Made by a program: the position numbers and the translations under genes. Shown here piece after piece: positions 1-12,139 of a DNA stretch of 64,000 nucleotides. The stretch comes from Eledone cirrhosa (lineage: Eukaryota), in the NCBI GenBank assembly GCA_964016885.1, contig OZ024742.1:81034001-81098000 (forward strand), in the 5' to 3' direction. The notes under the pieces are model-generated. The model made no database searches and had not been told where the DNA came from. It saw nothing but the letters and a program-made list of their open reading frames with translations. The stretch's first letter is position 1, and every line of letters starts with the position of its first letter.

Positions 1-623
1 TCATATACTGCCATGCTTGTTTGTGTTGGTTATAAGTGGAAGCAATTAACGCATTTCATTTTATGGCAAGTGAAATTAATCGAGCAGACATTAAATATGA
101 AGCATTGCAGTCGACATCATTTCATATTTCTGGATGTACGTAAAATCAAACAATGTCATGTTTTTAGATTTATATTAGACGGTAATGGGCTTTTGAGGGC
201 TAATTTTATGCTAACTATAGAATTTCACCCACGCTGTCAAATATCGAAATCGACAAAATCCTTGAGTCGCCAGTGTCCACAAGATTGAAACTAAATTGTT
301 GTTAATATCGAGTTTGGGATTCTCATATTCCTCTGCCATATTAAATGCGTGGAATACCATATAGGTGACCTACATTTAGCTATATTGAATGCATAGTGGA
401 AAGATTTGCTAGATCGCAATTAGGAATAAATTGCGACAAAATAACCTGCAAATCAGCGGTAGATGGACGGGCGCCTCCTAGAAATAGCGGCCGTCTAATA
501 AAATGTTTGTTGAAGAATGAATTATTAAGCATACATCGATGAAGTAAGACAATCACTGTCAATTCACTCTCAGATTTTCCTCGCTTTCTAGTACATTCGA
601 ATTATATTAAGCCTTTTAATACC

Positions 624-663
<40 letters not shown>

Positions 664-670
<7 letters not shown>

Positions 671-1040
671 TTAGAAATTATAAGCTTTCACCGTATTTTA
701 GACTAAAGGAATTTCTAGCCTGATAGTGGGGTTTATAACCCTCGGAGAAATGGAAAAAAGATGAATGGAAAATATGAACTTAGCTAAGTTCATAGCTTCT
801 ACTTCGAATGGAAGGAGATGGGATGTGTATTGGTGTAATGGTAGCACATTGGTCTGGATAACCAAAGATGTGGGTTCGATTCCCATGTACGGCAACACTC
901 ATCTTTTTCCATTTCTCCGAGGGTTATAAACCCCACTATCAGGCAAGAAATTCCTTTAGTCTAAAATACGGTGAAAGCGTATAATATCTAATTCCTAATT
1001 TCAAACTCGCGCATCGTTTCAAAAATATACTTACATGTTT
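664..1040 (+). mobile_element. Fold-back (palindromic) tRNA-headed SINE-like element next to (TA)n
   Basis: Inverted arms of about 100 bp (664-764 vs 899-998) enclose a tRNA-like head. Related copies lie at 1834-1950 and 16573-16810. (TA)n is directly upstream. Confidence 0.7.
824..894 (+). pseudogene. tRNA-derived head (tRNA pseudogene, GGA at the anticodon position)
   Basis: A box TGGTGTAATGG, D stem GTGT/GCAC, anticodon stem TTGGT/ACCAA with loop CTGGATA, T arm GTGGG-TTCGATT-CCCAT. The acceptor stem is partly mismatched. Confidence 0.75.
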
Positions 1041-1787
1041 ACGTTTATAATTTGCTTGTTTTATATATATATATATTCCCGTATACTGGACGTGTACAAT
1101 GGACCTGTCTATTCGATCATCACACCTGCCTATATATTCAACGGACACCGAAATTGTTCATCACTCCTAACAACATGATAACAGCCGTCCTTGTTGTCTA
1201 GAAAATGAACCCACTCGTGATGTTTTTGTTTGTCCTAGCATTTCCCAGTTCAACGGCCATTCGACCCAATGAAGCCATATTGCTTCTGAGAGTTGATGAT
1301 TTGAATGCTTTAAACATACAACAGGGTATTTATACAGCCCCACCCCATCCCCCATCCCTCACAAAACACCCCACCCACACCCACCCCACAACAAAAAATA
1401 AAACAATCTCAAGATGGGGAAACCATATCCAGGAACATCTTTTCAGTGGTGATTAAATAGGATTGAAAGGGAATGAAAAAAATTATATAGCCATGGAACT
1501 TGATTTTAGGTACGGAATTTTCCACGAAAGCTACATTCTAACCCATTTATTCATACAAATGAATGCGTATTGGTAAAGTATTGCGCACGAAAAAGTAGTC
1601 TGGCTTCTGTAATATAGCATAAATACAGAAATAGATTTTACAAACATTTCTTTAGGTTTTTCTGTTTCGCTTATATTCAAACTCCAGCTGTCTGATGTTG
1701 CCTAAAGGTAATAACGAAAATGTATATGACAACAGATATTAATAAACGAAATTAATTTTAATTTCAACATCCTGACTTCTACTTCAT

Positions 1788-1833
<46 letters not shown>

Positions 1834-1840
<7 letters not shown>

Positions 1841-1950
1841 GATACAATAGCTTTCACCGTATTTTTTTACTAAAGAAGTTTTAGTCTGATAATGGGGTTT
1901 AGAACCCTCAGAGAAATGGAAAAAGATGAGAGTATTGACGTACATGTACG
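1834..1950. mobile_element. Partial copy of the fold-back element (one arm plus palindromic centre)
   Basis: Matches 664-764 and ends in the palindrome GTATTGACGTACATGTACGTCAATAC. Follows (TA)n. Confidence 0.7.
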
Positions 1951-1959
1951 TCAATACTT

Positions 1960-3110
1960 ATTAGCAGGAAAATAAGGATTTTTTAGTTCCGCGTATTTAC
2001 CCGGTTGAAAGTTAATTTATAATTTTACGTGCCGACACAAGATTATAAACTAACTCTCGACCTGCTAAATACGATAAACCCCTTATTTTCCTGCAGCAAA
2101 TTGCATCTGCACAGAGGCCTTGAACGGAAGTTCCCTCACTTCATCCGATAACGAATTTTTAAATGCACCTTACAAGGACAAAATTGATAAGCATTTTAAA
2201 CACTTATACCCTCATTTCCATACAGTTTACCTTCCTCGTATATTTTTCTCATATATATCTCCTCTCTCATTTTGCATCTATGTATTTTTATTATTTTTCG
2301 TATTTTATATTTTGTATTTTTTGTTTTTATTCATGTGATAGAAGATATTAACAAATTATTTACCTAATTACTACGTTTCATACTGTAATATATGGATAAT
2401 ATATCGGTAATATTGATCCCCCTTTCAAAACTTCTTACTATAATTTAAACATCTCCCTATTTATTAGTTAGTATATGTATATCTTTTTTTATTTACTTCA
2501 ATCAAGATTTTAACTTGTAATTTTTTTAATTTCTTATTTTCAATCATAATTTCCACTATGAAACCATAATACCTAGAAATAAGTATATATTCTCTTGGCG
2601 GTTGATGGTCAATTCAACTGTCCAAGCATAATATAAAGGTAGCATTGAGACCTATTGGAATTCATACTCTCCCACCCCCACTAGGTTTCGGTCAACTGCC
2701 ACTGTCTGGGCGACTAGCAGTAAATTATAACCGTGTCATATTACAGACCTGGATGGGGGTGATTGCTTGGTTGAGAGGGGGACCTGTCTAGGCGAGTTTC
2801 GTAGAATTTTGGGGTAGTGGATGTTCAACTTCCTTCTGACTTGCGCCTGCACAGACAGGTGGGGGTTGAATTGGGACTCAGAAGAGAACGGGCGAAGGAT
2901 TCAAGAACACAGGCTTTGTCCCTTGTCGATTCAATTGGGATTGCTTCGGAAATATAACCTTATAATGTAAGAAGCTGTCTGATGATGTCACGGCACTGGG
3001 TAACCCGAAGCGTGTGGCCACTGTCGTCATTGAAATATGTATCACAGCATTATCATTAAAGGACTTTAACATCTGAAACCTCTTCGCATTTTCTTATTCG
3101 GTATATATAT
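1960..3110 (+). mobile_element. Highly degenerate Penelope-like remnant
   Basis: Weak peptide echoes of PLE C-termini (KIDKHFKHLYP near 2180; an ETYW motif near 2645). Hammerhead-like CTGATGATGTCAC...GTAACCCGAAG near 2979, then (TA)n. Confidence 0.35.
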
Positions 3111-3124
3111 ACATTTCAGGTCAT

Positions 3125-3350
3125 TCTTCAGTGCCACTGGTAAAATGTAACCCTGTACAAGCTTTCTTGGTGAAGAGGGTGATATTGGACACCCCGAGGG
3201 ATGGCAAACCAAACCCGTCAAAGGGCGGAGGAAGTCAGGAGAGTCTATGATAAATTATTTTATTTACTTTTTTCTGGAGGGAAGGAATCCTAGTTTTCAT
3301 TAAGATATCTCTCTACGAGAAGATCACTCTGATATAAAACCTGCGATTCC
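3125..3350 (+). repeat. Dispersed repeat, RTE 5'-end-like (related to 15865-16350 and 20330-20635)
   Basis: Shared motifs AGTGCYACTGGTAAMATGTAACCC and GATATAAWACCTGCG. Confidence 0.5.
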
Positions 3351-3623
3351 CTTTGAGTCCAATGATGTTAACCTACATTTTCTGTAAATGCATACGATGT
3401 TCAGAGTGTGGGATTTGCCCCGTGCGAAGCATTTACTAACATAAAACAGATTCAAGCATAGGCATCGCTCGATATGTGATATTTTCTGTGAGTATGGCAT
3501 GGGGGATGGAGGAATAGGCAAATCACTAGCAAGTGTGAAAGACACGCCCATGATGCTAGTGATTACGTATCAAGCGATGTCACTACTCGAAATCGAATTG
3601 CAGTCATCATAATACTAAAAATA

Positions 3624-3816
3624 ATAATTGTTTCTACATTTGGCACAAGGCCTGCAAATACCCAGTGCATTGCTGGTATATTATTTTATCGACACCGTAA
3701 AGATGAAAGGCAAAGTTAACCTCGGCGGGATTTGAACTCATAATGGCAAGGGCAGTAACTCTATGCGCCAAAGCATGTGGTCCGACCCACTACCGATATT
3801 ACCGATCCACCGCCCC
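3624..3816 (-). mobile_element. tRNA-derived SINE
   Basis: Reverse complement of the SINE consensus (B box GAGTTCAAATCCC; 3' end GGCCTTGTGCC...GTAGAAACAATTATT). Confidence 0.9.

Positions 3817-3879
<63 letters not shown>
3817..3879 (+). repeat. (TAA)n microsatellite, target site of element A1
   Basis: Pure TAA run directly abutting the A1 5' end. Confidence 0.97.
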
Positions 3880-6800
3880 GGGGAAGACGCACGAGGTGAC
3901 GGAGGTCATGAAATCGCTCCCGTAAGTTTTGAATTTTTAACATATTTAAATCATTTGTGAAATAACAACTCTTAGTACAAATGCTACGTAAAGCACCCGG
4001 CTTGAGCCCCAAAAATTCGGACCCAAAATATATTGTTATAAGGCTCAAATATTCAAATATTCAACTTTGTACACTGTATATCCCCAAAAAAAAATGGCTA
4101 TAAATGGAGGAAGAAGACCCCCCCCTCCTCTCCTCTGGCTACACTATATAGGACAGCTAAACTCACCAACACCAGAAACTAGATACACCACCCACCCCAT
4201 CATCTGTGTACACTAAACACAACAGCATTTTCACCTTCACCGCCACCGCTCACTACGGCCATCATTACCACCACTATCCCATCACCGCCGCCACCACCCC
4301 TTGACTCCTTCACTGCTGCTGCCACCGCTACAGCACCATCACTACAGTAATACAGTCGCATCACCGCCACCACTGCCTCGGTATCGACATCACCACCACC
4401 ACTGTCTCAGTATCGCCAACGCCGCCAGTCTCTGCTGGCTGCCACTTCCACATTATAGAATTCCTACTACTAACAAAGAGGAAGGCATCAAAATATATAG
4501 ATAGACTCAAAAGAAAAAAGAAAAAACAAACAACAAAACCAAAGCAGCACAGCAACAACAGCAAAAAACGAGAAAAACAAACAGAGAAAAACAAAAACAA
4601 AAAAAGAAAGAAACCCCAAAAACGTAAAGAAAATAAGAATGAAGAGAGAAGCAGGCGGACGGACAGAGAAGAGGGGGGAAAAAGTAAAACTTAAAAAACA
4701 AAAACTAAGTCAGACATTCGAATACTACATTAGAATGAAACTTATGCTTATTCATTTTTGGGGCCCTTTCTGCCCGTGTGTTTGTTTGTTTATGTGTGTT
4801 CGTATACAGCGTGGTGATAATGCCACACAAGGGCCAAGTGGGATGGCGGATCCACAGATGGCTATGTAAACATACATTCGCCAATCCTCGATAAGAGTGT
4901 TTAAATATCGAACATAAACAGTTCGAATAACGGTGAAATGGAGACTAGAACGTCATGTGACAGACTCTCACCCAACAGGTGCCCCCTGGCTCAGCAGCAG
5001 GAACCTGACTGTCAACCAAATACTGCTGATGTTGGAGGAAGAAGAAGAAGGAAAGGGGCCAGAACCAACTGGACGAAAGAATAGAATAGAACTGTTATAC
5101 AATGCTACCTGAAAAGTAACCCCAAGGAGAGGGGCTACAGGAGACGGATGCATAACATCTGGAACGAGATTGGTTTATTTAAATTAGATGAACAAAAATT
5201 GGCCGGGCAGGCTCGGGTAATAAGAACTAATGGGTGGATAAGCGAGCTGGAACTGGAGGAACTGAGCAGAGAGAATGGCTTGGAGATGGCGGGTGTAGTA
5301 TGCCAGACAAGCGAGCCGGCGGGAAATGAAGGTGAGGAGGTCCTGAGAACGGAGGAACCACCCGAAGCAGACAATGATCTGAATACTGAGATAAATAATA
5401 CCTGGAACAGAGATACGGCCACTGAGGAGATGAATGCTGACGGGCTAGGACAAGATTCGGTTGACATCCTAAATTTAGTGGTAGATGAGTTGAACAATGA
5501 TAGTGGGAGACCTATGAACCTAAGATTTGTAGACAGGAAAAAGTTAAAAGAAACAACAGCTAAGGTAAACAAAGTCATCCCATACCTTGAGGCGAGGAGT
5601 CTTCACCAGTGCAACAATATCCTCAAAGCAACAGCAAATACGGTGAGGAAACTACTTGGTATAAAAGCGAGAGGAAACAACAGACAAGAAAGAGCAGAGC
5701 CGTGGTGGAAGAAGCGACTGAGTGGGCAAATCGGGGAAATGAGAAATGACATAGGAAAGCTTGAGTCACTACTGAATGGGACACTAAAAAACATAGGCAC
5801 TAAAAATAGACTGGAAATAAAATACAAAACTAGGAGTAAAAAGCTAAATATTATCATAGAGGAATTGAAGCAACGCATTGTAGCAAAGAGTGCCAAAATC
5901 AGGCGATACGAGAACAGAGTCAGTCAGTATAAACAGAACCGCATGTTCGACAACAACCAGAAGATGCTGTTTGGACAGCTTGAGGGGAAAGAAAGAGGCA
6001 ACGACTTGATCCCTGGGGCGGAACAAGCTAAAACATTCTGGAGAGGAATATGGGAGCAGGATGTTAGACACAATGCCCAGGCAGGGTGGATTGAGACAGT
6101 ACAGAGGGAGATCGGTGAGCAGGCACAACAACAGACTGATTTGAGTATCACAGTTGAAACTCTTAAGGGGCAAGCTAAAAAACTAACCAACTGGAAATCG
6201 CCAGGCCCAGATGGTGTGCAGGGGTATTGGATTAAACATTTAACATCCCTCCACCCGAAGCTGACGGCCATGTTCAATGACTGCTTGGTGTCGGGTGAGG
6301 TGCCAGAGTGGTTGACAAAAGGTACGACAGTTCTGATAATGAAAGACCGAATCAAGGGTAATGATGTTACCAACTATAGACCTATCACATGTCTGCCCGT
6401 AATGTGGAAACTGTTGACGAGCATTGTGTCTGAGGAAATCTACCATCACCTCCACACAAAGAACTTGTTACCGGACGAACAGAAAGGATGCCGAAAGATG
6501 TCACGTGGTACAAAGGACCAGTTGCTTATTGATAAGATGGTAATGGGGAATTGCAGGAGGAGACACACTGATCTTGCCATGGGATGGATAGACTACAGAA
6601 AGGCATTTGACATGGTGCCTCATTCCTGGATCACCAAAAGCCTGGAGATCTTCAGGGTGGCAGATAACATCAGACAGTTGCTGGGCAGGAGTATGGGGTC
6701 CTGGGAGACAGAGTTGACATCAACTGGAGTATCCTTGGGAAGCGTGAAGATCAAGAGAGGTATCTTCCAGGGAGATAGCCTGTCCCCTCTGTTGTTTGTC

Positions 6801-8405
6801 CTTGCCCTGATGCCCTTGACCATTATGCTGCGAAAAGTGAGAGCAGGATACAAGTTGGGAAGGGGAGAGCTTACCATCAATCACCTCCTCTTCATGGACG
6901 ATCTTAAGCTCTTCGGGAAAAGTAAGAAGGAGTTGGATGTGCTTGTTGACACTGTCCGTATTTTCAGCAGTGATATATGTATGCAGTTTGGTATTGGTAA
7001 ATGTGGAGTCATTGTGATGAGGAGGGGTAGGTTGAGCAGAAGTAACGGGATCCAGATACCAACAGGTGAGATGATAAAGGAAATTGACTCTGAGGAAGGA
7101 TACAAGTATTTGGGCGTTCTGGAGGCTGATGGCATAAAGAACAAAAAAATGAAGGAATTGTTAAGAACTGAATACATTCGGAGAGTAAGGAGCGTATTGA
7201 AGTCACATCTGAACAGCAGAAATGCCATAAGCGCAGTAAATTCCCGAGCTGTGTCTATTATTAGGTACAGTGCGGGAATTCTGAGATGGAATGTTGCTGA
7301 ACAAAAAGAAATGGATAGGAAGACTAGGAAGCTATTGACTATCTACAACATGTTCCACAAGAGGAGTGATGTCGATAGACTCTACCTAAGGAGATCTGAG
7401 GGTGGAAGAGGTCTTATCAGCATAGAGGACTGTGTTCAGATGGAGAAAAACAACCTATACAAATACGTGACCTATAGTAAGGAGCCAATGCTCAGAGCTG
7501 TACTGAAGGAGGGGACAGTAGGCCAGGGGATATCCAAGGAGGAAATAACATCAAGGAGGAAGAGCAGCCTTGGGGGAAAATCCCTTCATAGTACCTTCTT
7601 TGAGAAAACTGAATTTAGAGATCCACAGACATGGAACTGGTTGAGAAGAGGAGACCTCAAAAAGGCTACAGAAGGAATGCTAATGGCTGCGCAGGAGCAG
7701 GCCCTCAAAACGAAGTGGTTGAAGCACCATATCTACAAGGAGGAGGCTAGCCCACTGTGCAGGATCTGTGGAGAGAGAGAGGAGACTGTGGCTCACATTG
7801 TGTCCGAGTGTAAACACCTAGCCCAGACCCACTATAAGGGCTGGAGACACGATGTGATGGGCAGGGTGATCCACTGGCATCTGTGCAAAGTAAACAATCT
7901 ACCACATTCTGAGAAATGGTATGAGCATAGGCCAGAGGCGGTGATGGAGAACAGTCAGGTGAAGGTGCTGTGGGATTTTAGGATACAGACGGACAAAAAA
8001 CTGGAACACAATAGACCTGACCTGGTGGTTGTGGACAAAGAAAAAAGATCGTGCCTGATTGTGGATGTGGCCTGCCCGTTCGACACGAGAGTGCAAGAGA
8101 AGGAGAGGGAGAAAATTAACCGATACCAGGACCTAAAGTGGGAGGTGAAAAGGATTTGGAACTGCCATGAAGTCAAAGTGATCCCGATTGTCATAGGCGC
8201 ACTGGGGACTATCTCCAAAGGTTTCCAGGGATGGTTAAAGAAAATCGGCCCCTTCACGCTTTTTGGAACGCTTCAAAAGGCATGCTTGCTTGGAACAGCA
8301 AGAACCCTCCGATACGTCCTGAATATCTGAGGCTGCAGGTAGTGGCTTGATATTCAATCCAACGGACTTTCCAGTTAACCAACATCAATGACTGAGATTC
8401 AAGGA
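3880..8405 (+). mobile_element. R4/Dong-type non-LTR retrotransposon family A, full-length copy A1
   Basis: 5' UTR of about 1 kb shared with copies ending at 27133, 38745 and 46270; single RT-RLE ORF; short 3' UTR; TAA tracts on both sides. Confidence 0.92.
5148..8330 (+). CDS. Reverse transcriptase + CCHC finger + restriction-like (PD-D/E-K) endonuclease polyprotein (true N-terminus about 4938, interrupted by TAG 5082-5084)
   Basis: RT motifs [40 protein letters not shown]; [18 protein letters not shown]; RHD; RPDLVVVD...DVACP...KINRYQDL. Confidence 0.93.
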   Translation: MHNIWNEIGLFKLDEQKLAGQARVIRTNGWISELELEELSRENGLEMAGVVCQTSEPAGNEGEEVLRTEEPPEADNDLNTEINNTWNRDTATEEMNADGLGQDSVDILNLVVDELNNDSGRPMNLRFVDRKKLKETTAKVNKVIPYLEARSLHQCNNILKATANTVRKLLGIKARGNNRQERAEPWWKKRLSGQIGEMRNDIGKLESLLNGTLKNIGTKNRLEIKYKTRSKKLNIIIEELKQRIVAKSAKIRRYENRVSQYKQNRMFDNNQKMLFGQLEGKERGNDLIPGAEQAKTFWRGIWEQDVRHNAQAGWIETVQREIGEQAQQQTDLSITVETLKGQAKKLTNWKSPGPDGVQGYWIKHLTSLHPKLTAMFNDCLVSGEVPEWLTKGTTVLIMKDRIKGNDVTNYRPITCLPVMWKLLTSIVSEEIYHHLHTKNLLPDEQKGCRKMSRGTKDQLLIDKMVMGNCRRRHTDLAMGWIDYRKAFDMVPHSWITKSLEIFRVADNIRQLLGRSMGSWETELTSTGVSLGSVKIKRGIFQGDSLSPLLFVLALMPLTIMLRKVRAGYKLGRGELTINHLLFMDDLKLFGKSKKELDVLVDTVRIFSSDICMQFGIGKCGVIVMRRGRLSRSNGIQIPTGEMIKEIDSEEGYKYLGVLEADGIKNKKMKELLRTEYIRRVRSVLKSHLNSRNAISAVNSRAVSIIRYSAGILRWNVAEQKEMDRKTRKLLTIYNMFHKRSDVDRLYLRRSEGGRGLISIEDCVQMEKNNLYKYVTYSKEPMLRAVLKEGTVGQGISKEEITSRRKSSLGGKSLHSTFFEKTEFRDPQTWNWLRRGDLKKATEGMLMAAQEQALKTKWLKHHIYKEEASPLCRICGEREETVAHIVSECKHLAQTHYKGWRHDVMGRVIHWHLCKVNNLPHSEKWYEHRPEAVMENSQVKVLWDFRIQTDKKLEHNRPDLVVVDKEKRSCLIVDVACPFDTRVQEKEREKINRYQDLKWEVKRIWNCHEVKVIPIVIGALGTISKGFQGWLKKIGPFTLFGTLQKACLLGTARTLRYVLNI

Positions 8406-8439
8406 ATAACAATAACAATAATAATAATAATAATAATAA

Positions 8440-11400
8440 AATCAGCTAATGGTTCAAACCTTCCCATCACTTCGGAGCTGGAGACCTCCCATAACCGGAA
8501 TACTCCTACTGTTGGCCCTCCATGCTCACCACCAAGAAATCCAAAGAAAAAGAGAGAAAAATGGTCAAGGGAAGATAATAAAGAAGTCCTTGGGGCTTTC
8601 TACACTGCCATGTACTACCCATCAAATACATCGAATACAGGACAGACATATATCAACTGGAAAAAGAAATATCCCGAAAACAGAGGCTATATTGACAGTA
8701 ACAAACTAGCCAATATACGAAGAAATATTGTAAGAAAAAAGTTACTAACTGATATAGAAATTGATCAGATCAAGCTATTAGCACAAAGTCAGCGAAGGGA
8801 AAATGAAACATGTGTCAGTGAAAACGAGGTAAACTGTAACACTTCGAACCCCAGGGTTGGGGCGGAATCACTGGCAACAGAACAAATTAAAGAAAGGATT
8901 GAAAAAGTGGAGGGAGTGCATGCTCAGGATGAAACTCCAAATGAAAATAATGAGATCGTAAATGATAAAGAAATGAATGAGAATGAACTTGCCAACTTGA
9001 AGAATGAAATTATGATCGAAGGATGAAAATGAAAGAATCTGACATGAGGCAACGAGACACCCTCCCTAAGATCCAGAACTCCAAACAGAACCAAAAGATA
9101 ATACACAAGACTAACATAATTCTCAAAAACATTATCATCACAAACAAACTAAACATTACTGATTTAAATCATCTCTATTATGCATCGGCTAAAGTCACCA
9201 CTCACTTATGTGGAGAGAAGATGAAAAAACAAAGGAATTCCCACAAGAAATCTACTTGGCAAGATAACATCAATCGCCAAATAAACCTTCTCCGATCTGA
9301 CATAGAAATGTTAACAAACTATAAAGTAGGTGAACATGTTAAACAAACTAAACTTAGAAAATTGAAAAAAAAGTACAGTATAAAATCAACATGTGACATA
9401 GACATGCTGATAGAAATAATCAAGCAAAAAGTGTCGGCCAAAGCTGCTCGTATAAGGCGCTTTGAAAAACGATCTAGATTCTATATGGATAATAATATGT
9501 TCAAAAACAACCAAATAAACTTCTACAGAAAAATTGGTAAGTCAACAATAACTGCTAAATCAATACCACCCAAGGAGGAAGTGCAAGAATTCTGGGAAAA
9601 GATCTGGGCCGAAGAAAAATTTCATAAAATACATGCCCCATGGATAGACAGACAAATGAAAGATACAGCTCACCTTGAGGAACAAATATGAGAAAATATA
9701 ACAGTTGAACAGTTGCGCTTGGGTCTAAGAAAAACCAGCAAATGAAAATCCCCAGGAAAAGACAAAATACAAAACTTTTGGATAAATGCCTTCACAGAGT
9801 CTCATGAGCTGTTAGCCCAACTTTACAGTGAAATAGTTAAGGAGCCAGAAAAGATACCATCATGGCTAGTTAACGGCATTACATTCCTGCTTCCGAAGGA
9901 TGATGAGACAAACAATCCCAAAAATTACAGACCGATAACCCGCTTGACCACAATGTATATAATGTTAACATCAGTCCAAACTGAATACACATATGACCAC
10001 CTGATAACAAATGACCTATTTCCCATTGAGCAGAAAGGGTGTAAACGAGGCTCAGATGGCGGTAAGGATCAGCTTCTGGTTAACAAAATGATACTGGAAG
10101 ATTGTCATAATAGACACAAAAATCTATCGATTGCTTGGATAGATTATAAAAAAGCATTCGATAGTTTGCCACACAGTTGGATTGAAAAATGTTTAGAGAT
10201 TTTCAAAATATCCCCCGTTGTCAGGAGGTTTTTGTCATTCAGTATGAAGACATGGAAAACGACACTCCTTTTGAATAGTGAAACAAAATCACTGGAAGCT
10301 GGAGAAGTTAATATTAATTGTGGAATTTTTCAGGGTGACTCTTTATCACCGCTTTTATTCTGCATCGCACTTATACCATTAAGTAAAATGCTCAATGAAA
10401 CAAAACATGGATATAAAGTCTATGACAAAACCATTAATCACTTGTTCTACATGGATGACCTGAAACTATTTGCAAATAATGATGAACAATTGCAAGGGCT
10501 ATTATCCACTGTGGTGCAGTTCAGTGATGACATTAAAATGGAGTTTGGACTAGAAAAATGCGCCAAAGCAACGTTCACCAGAGGAAAGCTGCTGAAAAGT
10601 TCAGGCATTAATCTTGATCGGGGGAACGTGATAAGAGAACTTGATCAAGAAAAAACTTACAAATATCTAGGTGTTTGTGAATGAGACGGAATCAAACACT
10701 CGACAATGAGGGAAAGGATAAGGAAGGAATGTTACCGCAGAGTAAGAGCAAACTTAAGAACGGAATTGAATGCAAGGAATAGGATCGATGTCATAAACAC
10801 GCTTGCCATACCAGTTACAATGTCATCAACTGGTCAAGCACAGAGATCCGTAGGCTCGATACAAAAATTTGAAAATTCTTAACCATGCACAGAATGCATC
10901 ACCCTAGGAAAGAAGGAGGACGTGGGTTAATCCAGTTAGACATTGCGTTGAAAACTGCAACAATTGGATTATCTACATATCTAAGGGAATCACATGATTG
11001 GATGATCAAACTCGTTTTGAAACACGAAAGCATCAAAGGATCATATTGCATTACAAAAGATGCACAAAGATACAGTAATGGACTACAAATTTCAGAAGTC
11101 CCATTTACTGCTGAAATGGAAAACACAGAAAAAGCAAAGCAGGTAAAAGTAACTGCAAAGAAAGAACTGCTACAGAAACTGGCTAAGAAATGGCAAGAAA
11201 AGCCTCTGTATGGAAAATACCCAGAACGAGATAACAATCTTGATGTTGACAAAACTTTAACCCATCAGTAGTTGGCATCCTCTGGACTGAAATAGGAGAT
11301 TGAAGGACTGATTATATCTGCACAAGATCAGTGTCTGCCAACAAAAAATTACCAAGCCAACATAATAAAAAATGGATGCAGCCCATTATGCCGTGTAACC

Positions 11401-12100
11401 GAAAAACAACCAGAGACCATTGACCATATAATTTCAATGTGCAGTCCTGTAGCTCCAACCGAATACCTAAACAGGCGTGACAGAGCTGCACAATACATAC
11501 ATTGGATAATGTGTAAGCATTTTGACCTGCCCCATCAAAAGAATTGGTGGGAGCATCAACCACCTCCCATACTTGAAAAAGATCACATTTCAATCTTGTG
11601 GAACTTTAGCATCCAAACATACCGAAAAATAGATGCAAATAGATCTGATATAATATTGAAGGACTTTAAAAACAGGGTATGCCTGCTAATTGATATGTCC
11701 GTTCCAATAGACAAGAATGTATCTAGAAAAACATTTGAAAAATTGAGAAAGTATAAGGACCTGGAGATAGAAATTGGGAAAATGTGGAAATTGAGAACTA
11801 AAACAATACCAGTGGTTGTAGGCGCTCTGGGAATGATACCTAAGGGGTCTAATGATTACTTATCGCAAATCCCAGGAAACCCGCGTATAGGAGAAATACA
11901 AAAGATAGTACTAATGGGAACTGCCCATATACTCAGGAAGATTCTGTCAATATAAGTACATCACAAGTCTAAACACTAAAGATGCATGTGTGAGTATGTA
12001 TATTCTTTCTTGAACATGGCGGACCTTGTTGTCTCTTGAGGTCACTGGTTGTGACTTGGTGATAACTCGTATGAACATAAAGCAAAATAAATGCAACTGT
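8440..12100 (+). mobile_element. R4/Dong-type family B copy B1, near full length, with multiple stops and frameshifts
   Basis: ORF fragments 8388-9026 (Myb-like KWSREDNKE), 9023-9691, 9944-10684 ([20 protein letters not shown]), 10885-11271 and 11437-11955 (RLE, ends ILRKILSI). Inserted in the TAA tail of A1 and has its own TAA tail. Confidence 0.9.
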
Positions 12101-12139
12101 AATAATAATAATAATATTAATAATAATTGTTTCTACTTT

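Noticed and set aside
1-620. Possible DNA-transposase remnant (minus strand LVSILWTLATQ)
   Set aside because: A single weak motif with many stops; no catalytic residues or TIRs identifiable.
824-894. Functional tRNA-Ser(GGA) gene
   Set aside because: Mismatched acceptor stem, U at position 37, no long variable arm, and embedded in a repeat.
3880-3930. HDV-like ribozyme at the family A (or B) 5' end
   Set aside because: Could not build the nested double pseudoknot (P1/P3/P1.1) by eye; would need an RNAMotif/RNArobo search.
5135-8257. Antisense ORFs recurring in several A copies
   Set aside because: Shadows of the RT ORF, repeated only because the elements are repeated.
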